6,932 bases of DNA from positions 1-6,932 of the forward strand of contig NW_021829125.1 of NCBI RefSeq assembly GCF_006345805.1. Reading direction: 5' to 3'. The notes under the pieces are model-generated. The model did no database searches. It had not been told where the DNA came from and was given only the letters and a program-made list of their open reading frames with translations. Positions 1 through 6,932 of the stretch are shown here, piece after piece. Position 1 is the stretch's first letter, and each line of letters starts with the position of its first letter. A program made the position numbers and the translations under genes. Source of the DNA: Octopus sinensis. Taxonomy: Eukaryota.

Positions 1-84
1 TATTCCTGAGTGTTATACTAATACATCTGTTTGTTTTCTACACCACCTATCTCTTCGTCCTTTGTTTCATTCCTGAATTCTTCC
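1..84. mobile_element. Terminal fragment of an interspersed repeat running into (TA)n, possibly the end of a Penelope-like element terminal repeat; truncated by the window edge
   Basis: The stretch 'actaatacatctgtttgttttctacaccacc...cttcgtcctttgttt...aattcttccc/tatata' resembles a common octopus repeat end from memory only. There is no second copy in the window to confirm it. Confidence 0.3.
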
Positions 85-253
85 TATATATATATATACA
101 TACATACACGCATAGTAAACTTGTTTATATATTCTGAATATTTCGAAAGAATCCTAATGTAATTCTTGTATTCTGAAAACCCTGACAATTTTCCTTATAA
201 GGTATTTAAAATGCAAGAGTATATTTCTATATATATTTTGCAATTATATATAC

Positions 254-458
254 GTGTGAGTGTGTGTGTGTGCGCGCGTGAGTGCGTATGTGTGTATATG
301 TTTGTGTGTCTGTTTGTCTCCCAGCATCGCTTGATAACCGATGCTGGTGTGTTTACATCCCTGTAACTTAGCGATCGGCAAAAAGAGACCGATAAAATAA
401 TTACTAGACTCACAGCATGGCTGCAGTCAAATGACTGAAACAAGTAAAAAGAATAAAA

Positions 459-460
<2 letters not shown>
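254..460 (+). mobile_element. SINE family A, 3' half: internal (TG)n, then body and tail; carries a ~50-nt internal deletion
   Basis: Positions 370-460 are the reverse complement of 6322-6462, apart from ~50 nt missing after 'ttactagact' (410). It ends in a short-repeat tail 'gtaaaaagaataaaaga' and has a perfect 9-bp hairpin CCAGCATCG (321-329) / CGATGCTGG (339-347). Confidence 0.8.

Positions 461-526
<66 letters not shown>
461..526. repeat. (TA)n microsatellite with one phase shift at 500-501
   Basis: Seen directly. Confidence 0.97.
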
Positions 527-685
527 CACGACTGGCTTCTTTCAGTTTCCGTCTACCAAATCCACTCACAAGAATTTGTTAGCCCAGGCTATGTAAAAGG
601 TACGGTCCCAAAGTGCCACACAGTGGGACTGAACTCGGAATCATATGATTGAGAAGCAAGCTTCTTTCCTCGCAGCCACGCCTAG
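527..685 (-). mobile_element. SINE family A, 5' half: tRNA-derived head plus body
   Basis: The minus strand has A-box-like TGGCTGCGAGG (678-668) and B-box-like GAGTTCAGTCCC (636-625) at tRNA-like spacing. It is homologous to 2686-2825, sharing 'ttcagtttccgtctaccaaatccactcacaag'. Both copies stop at the same point against (TA)n. Confidence 0.85.
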
Positions 686-744
686 CTGTTTATTACACTT
701 TTCATCTGCTTCCATTTCCCGTATATACATTTACAATCATTTAC

Positions 745-807
745 ATACACACACACACAGACACAAACACACTCATATATTTATATATAAGTGTATATAT
801 ATATATG

Positions 808-879
<72 letters not shown>

Positions 880-921
880 TATATATATATACACCATATA
901 TATATATATGTATATATGTGT
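745..921. repeat. Compound (CA)n/(TA)n microsatellite
   Basis: Seen directly; boundaries approximate. Confidence 0.95.
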
Positions 922-1057
922 ATGGTCAGTTATCGTTCTTAGAATACATATACATGATTGGTTAGGCGTGTGTGCATGCATCGCCGTTGTGTTTGTGTGT
1001 TGTGCGTGTATACATTGTGTATGGATACGTTATAACTTGTCACAGATGTACAATGCA

Positions 1058-1109
<52 letters not shown>

Positions 1110-1127
1110 ATACATGTATGTATACAT
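1058..1127. repeat. (TA)n microsatellite, interrupted
   Basis: Seen directly. Confidence 0.95.
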
Positions 1128-1195
1128 AACTAGTCACAGAATTACAATACGTATATACGAGCAAGGTATACATGTATGACCAGTGATGGAGATAC

Positions 1196-1236
1196 TGTAT
1201 ATATGAAAAAGTATGTCTATATATATGATACATACA

Positions 1237-1267
<31 letters not shown>

Positions 1268-1322
1268 CTATATATAATATATATACATATATATACATAT
1301 ATATATATATACATATATATAC

Positions 1323-1381
<59 letters not shown>

Positions 1382-1454
1382 GATATATATATATATAGAT
1401 ATATCTATGTATAGTGTGTATTTGTGTGTACCTGTGTGTGTGTGTCTGTGTGTG
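1196..1454. repeat. Long interrupted (TA)n/(TACA)n tract followed by (TG)n
   Basis: Seen directly; boundaries approximate. Confidence 0.95.
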
Positions 1455-1594
1455 AATATAGGTAGTCAAAGATGTTGTCTGTGTATGTTTGAGAATACTT
1501 GTGCGTGTGTAGCCAGAGGCTGTGAATGAATTTCCTACTGAGAGACAAGATTCTTGTCAAGACATTCAGACATGTGTCAACGACAGATAGATGT

Positions 1595-1742
1595 CGCTGC
1601 TGCTGCTGCTGTTGTTGTTTAGTGATGCTGCAGTTAGAAGTGACGATGGTGCTGGTCGCGACGGTGGTGATGGTGGAATCGGTGGTGCTGCTGTTAATGG
1701 TGTTGTTGTTTGTGGTGGTGGTGATGGTGGCGATGTTGTTTG

Positions 1743-1773
<31 letters not shown>

Positions 1774-2182
1774 GGTGGCAGCGGCGATGTTGTTTGTGGT
1801 GTTAGTGGTGGCGGCGGCGATGTTGGTAGTGGTGTTAGTGGTGGTGGTGGTGGTTGCGGTGATGGCTATCGTTTCGGTGGTGGTCGTCATAGTGGTGATT
1901 GCCGTTGTTGCTTTTGTTATTGTTGTTACTGATGTTTGTGGTGGTGTGGTGTTGCTGTCAGTGGTGCCGGTAGTGGTGATGATGGTCGTGGTAGTGGCGA
2001 TGGTGGTGGTGGTGGTAGTAATGGTAAGGGTGATGATATTAGTAGTGAAGATGGTGGTGGTGGTTGTGATATTAATAGTGGTGAGTATGGTAGTTATGGT
2101 GGTGATGGTAATGGTGATGGTGTTGCTGCTGTTAGTGGTGATACGATGGTGGTAGTGATGGTAGCAGCGGCGGTGGTGGTGG
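1595..2182. repeat. Degenerate trinucleotide array (GCT/GTT/GGT/GAT)n, ~590 bp
   Basis: Continuous 3-nt periodicity. It explains the poly-V, poly-G and poly-T ORFs in several frames. Confidence 0.95.
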
Positions 2183-2637
2183 ACTGTTAAACTCTACTTG
2201 AAATTGTGTGGAAGTTAAGGTGATATAGTGGGATTGGAGTTTCGAGATTTCAAGGAGTAATGAGATCTTCCAGGATGAGATTCGTCTTCTAGGCTGTAGT
2301 TTCCGGCTCGGAATTTCTGGAACCACCGTTGACACTGTTTTACACTTATTGTCCGATCCCCATATACTGCATTAATATTCCTCGCACTTTCGTTCTGTTG
2401 TTGCGTTTATTGAACTCATAAAGCAAAATATGCCGAATATGGTCCTTTGTCACTTCCATTATAGCTTAGAAAAAATAACTGTTGAAATCGAACTGCACTC
2501 TTCAAAACCTGCATTAAGAATATTGTTAGGATAAAATTACTACCTGCTTTTATAGCAAGTTGATGCAGGTAGTTAATCCCGTCCCCTCCGACTTTCAGTT
2601 CATGCAATTGAAAAAACTGTATTATTTATGAGATGAC

Positions 2638-2640
<3 letters not shown>

Positions 2641-2685
<45 letters not shown>
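2641..2685. repeat. Perfect (AT)n microsatellite
   Basis: Seen directly. Confidence 0.97.
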
Positions 2686-2686
<1 letters not shown>

Positions 2687-2825
2687 GACTGGTTTCATTC
2701 AGTTTCCGTCTACCAAATCCACTCACAAGGCTTTGGTCAACCCGAGGCTATAGAAGAGACACCTGCCCAAGGTGCCATGAAGAGGACTGAACATGGAACC
2801 ATGTGGTTGGGAAGCAAGCTTCTTA
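2686..2825 (-). mobile_element. SINE family A, 5' half; lacks the A-box end and has no adjacent 3' half
   Basis: Homologous to 527-665. It has a degenerate B box (minus ATGTTCAGTCC, ~2794-2784) followed by 'GCACCTTGGGCAGGTGTCT', which resembles the CCTTGGGCAAG motif of CORE-type SINE bodies. Confidence 0.85.
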
Positions 2826-2936
2826 TAATATATATAGAGAGGAGAGACACAACACACACATACACACACATATATGTACATACACATATATATACATATA
2901 TAATATACACACACATACGTATATGATATATCCATA

Positions 2937-2988
<52 letters not shown>

Positions 2989-2993
2989 ACAAT

Positions 2994-3028
<35 letters not shown>

Positions 3029-3102
3029 GAATATATACATATACATACATATATATATATATATATATACGCACGCCCATATATACATAGAGAGAGAGAG
3101 AG
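2826..3102. repeat. Compound microsatellite block including perfect (AC)24 at 2939-2986, (TA)n and (GA)n
   Basis: Seen directly. Confidence 0.95.
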
Positions 3103-3282
3103 AAAGATATAGGGGAAGGGAGGGACAAAAAGAGAAATAGACCAATAGGTATATAGATAACAAGAATGAAAAATAACACATCTTTAACTCGAGATTACAT
3201 CATACAAAGGCCGACACGTGTTTCTATTACGCAAAAGTTTTTTCAACATAATAAATGGCACAGTAAACAAATCGGTTCTTAC

Positions 3283-3404
3283 TGGATTTGACAGTGACAT
3301 CCAACGTAGCCGACACTTAGGAGAACGTAGTGTTTTCAAGGTACTCTTAAACAGGCCGAAATCTAACCGGATACGGGGATTTGGAAATGAAGCGGGGAAT
3401 GTCG
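3283..3404 (-). CDS. Internal coding exon (122 bp, phase 1 in, phase 0 out) of an unidentified gene: xTFPASFPNPRIRLDFGLFKSTLKTLRSPKCRLRWMSLSNP
   Basis: The minus-strand acceptor is 'cttcatcttgatttcAG|' (AG at 3406-3405) and the donor is 'CCA|GTAAGA' (GT at 3282-3281). Only one of three frames is open between them; the others hit TAG and TAA. It is a high-complexity, higher-GC island amid microsatellites with a natural-looking peptide. No homology search was possible. Confidence 0.65.
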
Positions 3405-3414
3405 CTGAAATCAA

Positions 3415-3576
3415 GATGAAGATGATGATGACGATGATGATGACGATGATGATGACGACGATGATGATGATGACGATGATGATGACGACGACGATATTGA
3501 TGATGACGATGATGATCATGATGATGATCATGATGTCGATGATGATGGTGATCATGATGACGATGATGATGATGAT
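3415..3576. repeat. (GAT/GAC)n trinucleotide microsatellite directly abutting the exon acceptor
   Basis: Seen directly. Confidence 0.96.
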
Positions 3577-3627
3577 GTCGGTCTGTCCTTTATTAGGCTG
3601 CCGTGTTGACGGCGGTGCGAAGCAGTC

Positions 3628-3753
3628 GGTGATGGTAGTGGTGATTGTGTGTGTGGTGGCGGTGATGGTGATGGCAATGGTGGTAGCGGTGGTGGGTACT
3701 AGTATGTGTATGTGTGTGTGTTTATACATATACAGATCGATCGATCGATCGAT
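3628..3753. repeat. Degenerate (GGT)n, (TG)n and (GATC)4 (3735-3750) simple repeats
   Basis: Seen directly. Confidence 0.9.
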
Positions 3754-3905
3754 GTGTTTAAGTTTTCGCCCAACAAAATGTTTTATTATGTTTTTCTTTT
3801 GGGGCTTTTTTTTGTCTGTTTGGTTAAACCACGTTTAGATCGACCACAACAGTGAAACAGCCGCCATCAATGCGATATGTTGTCCAACTCCTGTATCGAT
3901 TACCG

Positions 3906-3976
3906 TTATCGTTATCACTATTATCATTGTCGTTGCTGTTATTATTATTATTATTATTATTATTGTTATTATTATT
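3906..3976. repeat. (ATT)n microsatellite flanking element C copy 1
   Basis: Seen directly. Confidence 0.95.
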
Positions 3977-4400
3977 GAGTGAGAGAGCAGTGCATGCCAT
4001 CAAAGTGACACCGGGGTACAAATATACGAAGTCCAGTATACCCATCATGACTATCCGTCATGGTGCGACATGGTGATCTCATATCAGGATAAACAGCGTA
4101 TGACCTTGCAGGTGGGGCCCATTTAAAATTTTCTTCTGGTCGAGTAACCCATCCCGCTCAAAAGGTCCTTGAATAAGGTTTGTTTAAGGATGTAGAACGA
4201 ACCACCCATGTTTCCAAAGTGAATTATCCAAACCCCCAAGAATTCCTCTCAACACATGGCTATGATGCTCCCCTACTACTTCTGCTCGTGATCAGAGATG
4301 CACATATCGTCAGCTACTAAGGGACATGGTCAACTGGTTAAGATCAAACAACTGACAAGCAAATATGTGGTATTGAGCAGAATATTTGCTGTAGTCCATC

Positions 4401-4403
<3 letters not shown>
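3977..4403 (-). mobile_element. Interspersed element C, copy 1 (427 bp; truncated, with a ~37-nt internal deletion); probable non-autonomous non-LTR retroposon in (TAA)n
   Basis: Roughly 90% identical by eye to 4434-4894. It has the same left boundary 'attGAGTGAG' and is bounded by (ATT)n on both sides. The strand is inferred from the fixed left end and variable right end, which fits 5' truncation on the minus strand. Confidence 0.85.
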
Positions 4404-4433
<30 letters not shown>

Positions 4434-4976
4434 GAGTGAGCGAGCAGAGCATGCCATCAAAGTGACACTGGGGTAAAATATACGAAGCCCAGTATACCCA
4501 TCATGACTACCCGTCTGATAAGGGTACACCAGGCACATGCATCACAACCATATGTGCGCGCCATGGTGATCTCATATCAAGATAAACAGCACAATGACCT
4601 TGCAGGTGGGGCCCAGTTAGAATTTTCTTCAGATCGAGTACCCATCCCATCCCGCTCAAGGTCCCTGAAAGGGTTGTTTAAGGACGTTGAACGAAACCCC
4701 ATGTTTCCAGAGGTGAATTATTCAAACCCCAAAGAATCCCTCTCCACATGGCTAGATGCTCCCCCACTACTTCTGCTCGTGATCAGAGATGCACATATCG
4801 TCAGCCACTAAGGGACATGCTCAACTGGTTAAGGTCAAACAACTGACAAGCAAATCTGTGGTATTGAGCAGAATATTTGCTGTAGCCCATCTTTTATACC
4901 AAGACAAAACAATGTACATGATAACACTTCCAATCAGTTAAGATCAGAAGCCATGAGAGCCACTGCCTGGGACTGC
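4434..4976 (-). mobile_element. Interspersed element C, copy 2 (543 bp)
   Basis: Direct repeat of copy 1, extending ~80 bp further to the right. It is separated from copy 1 by (ATT)10 (4404-4433) and followed by (ATT/ATC)n. No meaningful ORF, TIR or LTR was seen. Confidence 0.85.
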
Positions 4977-5070
4977 TATTATTATTATTATTATTAACAT
5001 TATTATTATTATTATTATCATCATTATTATTATCATTATCATTATTATCATTATTATTATTATTATTATT
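4977..5070. repeat. (ATT/ATC)n microsatellite
   Basis: Seen directly. Confidence 0.95.
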
Positions 5071-5088
5071 AAGGGTTAGAGTTATTAA

Positions 5089-5277
5089 GGCGGTGAGTTG
5101 GCAGAATCGTTAGCACGCTGGACCTAATGCTATGTTCTGAGTTCAAATTCCGCCGAGGTCGACTTTGCCTTTCCTCCTTTCGGGGTCGATGAAATAAGTA
5201 CCAGTTGAACACTGGGGTCGAAGTAATCGACGTAGACTACCCCACCAAGCTTACTGACTTTGTGCCAGAATATCAAA
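5089..5277 (+). mobile_element. SINE family B, tRNA-derived, near full length with an (ATT)n tail
   Basis: It starts GGCGGTGAG, with A-box-like TGGCAGAATCG (5099-5109) and B-box GAGTTCAAATTCC (5139-5151). The central block 'gcctttcctcctttcggggtcgatgaaataagtaccag' resembles a conserved domain of metazoan SINEs. The head is homologous to 6462-6541 (minus) except for a 22-nt deletion. Confidence 0.88.
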
Positions 5278-5341
5278 TTATTATTATTATCATTATCATT
5301 ATTAAAATAATTATTATCAAATAATAATAATTATTATTATT
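5278..5341. repeat. (ATT)n/(AAT)n microsatellite (SINE tail region)
   Basis: Seen directly. Confidence 0.9.
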
Positions 5342-5348
5342 AAAAAGA

Positions 5349-5901
5349 CACCACCACCGCTACCACCACCACCGTGACCATCATCACAACCAACTCCTTG
5401 ACTGCCTCCACCATCTCCACTACCGCCAACACCGCCACTACGTTGGTGCTACTGTTTGTAGAGTTGGTAATAGTATGGTTGTTGTTGTTGGTAGTGGTGG
5501 TGGTAGTGGAGGCGTTAGCAGTTGAAGTGGTGACTGTAGTATTGGTGGTTGTACGAGTGGCAGCGGTAGCTTGTAACGTTGGTGTTAGTGTCGATGGTAG
5601 AGGTGGTAGTGCTGGCGCGGTTGCGTGGGCTGTAGCTCTGGTGGTAGATGATGCGAATGATGGTGATGATGGTGGTGGCGATGGTGATGGTGGTGGTGGT
5701 AGTGGTGGTGATGATGATGACAACGACGAAGGTGATGATGATGTGGTGGTGACGGCGATGACGATGATAATGATGATGGTGGCGGTGATTGTGGTGATGG
5801 TGGTGGTGGTGATGTGGATGAGGAGGGGACGACGCCGATGCTATGATGATTGCGATGATGATGATGGTGATGATGATTGCGGTTGTGTTGTTGTGTTGGT
5901 T
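5349..5901. repeat. Degenerate trinucleotide array: (ACC)-rich 5349-5440, then (GGT/GAT)-rich 5441-5901
   Basis: Seen directly; the strand polarity switches at ~5440. Confidence 0.93.
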
Positions 5902-5946
5902 TGAGCACCAGGTGGCAGTCGTATACACTGTCTTGTGTCTTCTAAT

Positions 5947-6017
5947 TAACAACAGCGGTAACAGCGGTTACACGTGCCAACACCACCACCACCACGGCCA
6001 CCATTACTACTTATAAC

Positions 6018-6052
<35 letters not shown>

Positions 6053-6178
6053 CAACAACAGAAAGAATGGAAATACCAATGTATTTGCGAACACTAACAC
6101 CTCCACCACTGCTACTTTTACCAGCACCACCATCATCACTACCACTGTTGCTGCCTTTGCTATTACCAGCGTCACCAC

Positions 6179-6216
<38 letters not shown>

Positions 6217-6235
6217 TTAATATTAATAATAATAG
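5947..6235. repeat. Degenerate (AAC/ACC/AAT)n trinucleotide array
   Basis: Seen directly, with pure (AAT)n runs at ~6018-6047 and ~6179-6216. Confidence 0.92.
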
Positions 6236-6321
6236 TGATTTCATTTGCCACAAGGGCGAAGGATGAGGGGAACAATACAGGGACAAGCATAAAGTGTGCG
6301 GGTTCACATATAACAATGAAA

Positions 6322-6462
6322 TTCTTTTATTCTTTTACTTGTTTCAGTCGTTTTGACTGCGGCCATGCTGGAGCACCTCATTTAAGTCGAACAAATCGAC
6401 CCCCAGGACTTATTCTTTGTAAGTCTAGTAATTATTTTGTCGGTCTCTTTGGCCGAACCGCT
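6322..6462 (-). mobile_element. SINE family A, 3' tail fragment
   Basis: Reverse complement of 370-460, including the segment deleted there. On the minus strand it ends '...CCAGCATGGCCGCAGTCAAAACGACTGAAACAAGTAAAAGAATAAAAGAA'. Confidence 0.85.
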
Positions 6463-6541
6463 TGAACTTACAACATGAAGACAGACGAAATACTGTCAAG
6501 CATTTCGTCCGGCGGGCTAACAATTCTGCCGGCTCGCCGCC
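6462..6541 (-). mobile_element. SINE family B, tRNA-like head, broken within the B box
   Basis: Minus-strand GGCGGCGAGCCGGCAGAATTGTTAGCCCGCCGGAC...ATGTTGTAAGTTCAA aligns with 5089-5146. Confidence 0.85.
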
Positions 6542-6676
6542 CAACTTACAAATAATACTAATGATGATAGACAATACGAAGAGAGCGATGCGATTACAGT
6601 AGATATTTTATTGGTTAAACGATATTTCGATATTTGGCAAGTTTGAAATTAAAAGTTTGAAATTAAAAATTAAAAA

Positions 6677-6768
6677 TTATAGAAATTCAAATTCAAAAAT
6701 TGAACGAGGGCAAACAGCGTTTCCATGATGGAACGACATCAGCAGTCTTTTATTTTGAAGTTTTACAA
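6677..6768 (-). CDS. Candidate terminal exon (phase 1): xVKLQNKRLLMSFHHGNAVCPRSIFEFEFL*
   Basis: A ~55-nt polypyrimidine tract (minus, ~6828-6773) ends in GCCAG| (AG at 6770-6769). One frame stays open for 29 full codons to TAA (6679-6677), and AATAAA occurs at 6612-6607. There is no homology support, so it could be a chance purine-rich tract. Confidence 0.25.
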
Positions 6769-6932
6769 CTGGCAAAAAGAAAGAGAGAAAACGGAAAAGC
6801 AAAGAAAAAAGAAAAGGAAGAAGAAGAATATTTAATCAAATAGTTTTGTGTAAATATGATGAAATTCGCCTGTCATATTATCCATTCCTCCAGGGCGTGA
6901 ACTCGACAAAGACAGGCAAGCTGTCTCAAAAT

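Noticed and set aside
166-1469. Many ORFs rich in IY/YI/VC/TH dipeptides (also at 2633-3181)
   Set aside because: These are translations of (TA)n, (TG)n and (CA)n microsatellites, which lack stop codons by composition.
1405-2190. Long poly-Val, Gly/Asp-rich and poly-Thr ORFs resembling a glycine-rich or mucin-like protein
   Set aside because: The region is open in several frames on both strands because of the degenerate (GGT/GTT)n array, and there is no splice-site or domain support.
2536-2577. Inverted repeat ACTACCTGC (2539-2547) / GCAGGTAGT (2565-2573)
   Set aside because: The 9-bp stem with a 17-nt loop is too short for a pre-miRNA, and no element context can be established from this window.
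2183-2640. Unique-looking stretch with short minus-strand ORFs and possible splice sites (e.g. AG at 2510-2509)
   Set aside because: No consistent acceptor-donor pair enclosing an open frame was found, and the peptides are unrecognisable. It may be an unrecognised old repeat.
3218-3838. 206-aa plus-strand ORF with poly-Met
   Set aside because: It is the antisense shadow of the minus-strand exon plus the (GAT)n repeat; splice signals favour the minus strand.
3790-3905. Plus-strand pyrimidine tract and AG at 3837-3838
   Set aside because: There is no convincing downstream donor and the sequence runs into (ATT)n.
4770-4790. Minus-strand CTGATCAcgagcaGAAG resembling a hammerhead ribozyme core
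   Set aside because: It deviates from the essential CUGANGA and GAAA core nucleotides in both copies, and no stem II forms.
4503-4811. 102-aa ORF within element C copy 2
   Set aside because: The frame is not preserved in copy 1 because of indels, and there is no recognisable RT, endonuclease or transposase motif.
5089-5160. Possible tRNA gene (also 620-685 and 6462-6541)
   Set aside because: A and B boxes are present but there is no complete cloverleaf; the sequences continue into SINE bodies and occur as diverged copies.
5340-6465. Poly-His/Pro/Thr/Ile/Leu ORFs
   Set aside because: These are trinucleotide-repeat artefacts.
6620-6700. Short tandem duplications (CGATATTT x2; AAGTTTGAAATTAA x2)
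   Set aside because: These are ordinary slippage duplications in AT-rich DNA, with no spacer structure and no resemblance to a CRISPR array.
6880-6932. Plus-strand acceptor-like 'tccattcctccAG' (6892-6893) with open frames to the window end
   Set aside because: Only 39 nt are visible and it lies opposite the better-supported exon, so it cannot be evaluated.

Overview
Eukaryotic, AT-rich and mostly non-coding sequence, probably intronic, packed with (TA)n/(CA)n and (ATT)n/(GAT)n/(GGT)n microsatellites and short retroposon fragments. The repeats look like the high-copy repeats of Octopus (coleoid cephalopod) genomes; this assignment is from recollection, not a search. Nearly all ORFs in the supplied track are low-complexity artefacts. 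The one well-supported coding feature is a 122-bp minus-strand internal exon at 3283-3404 with canonical splice sites and a single open frame; the gene is unidentified. A weaker minus-strand terminal-exon candidate lies at 6677-6768. Mobile elements comprise two tRNA-derived SINE families (here called A and B; five loci, one an apparent B-head/A-tail chimera) and two head-to-tail copies of a ~0.5-kb element, each bounded on both sides by (ATT)n. I found no convincing new multi-gene system. The best leads are the microsatellite-targeting element pair, an apparently inverted SINE half, the chimeric SINE, and possible splicing or dsRNA effects of the repeats around the exon.
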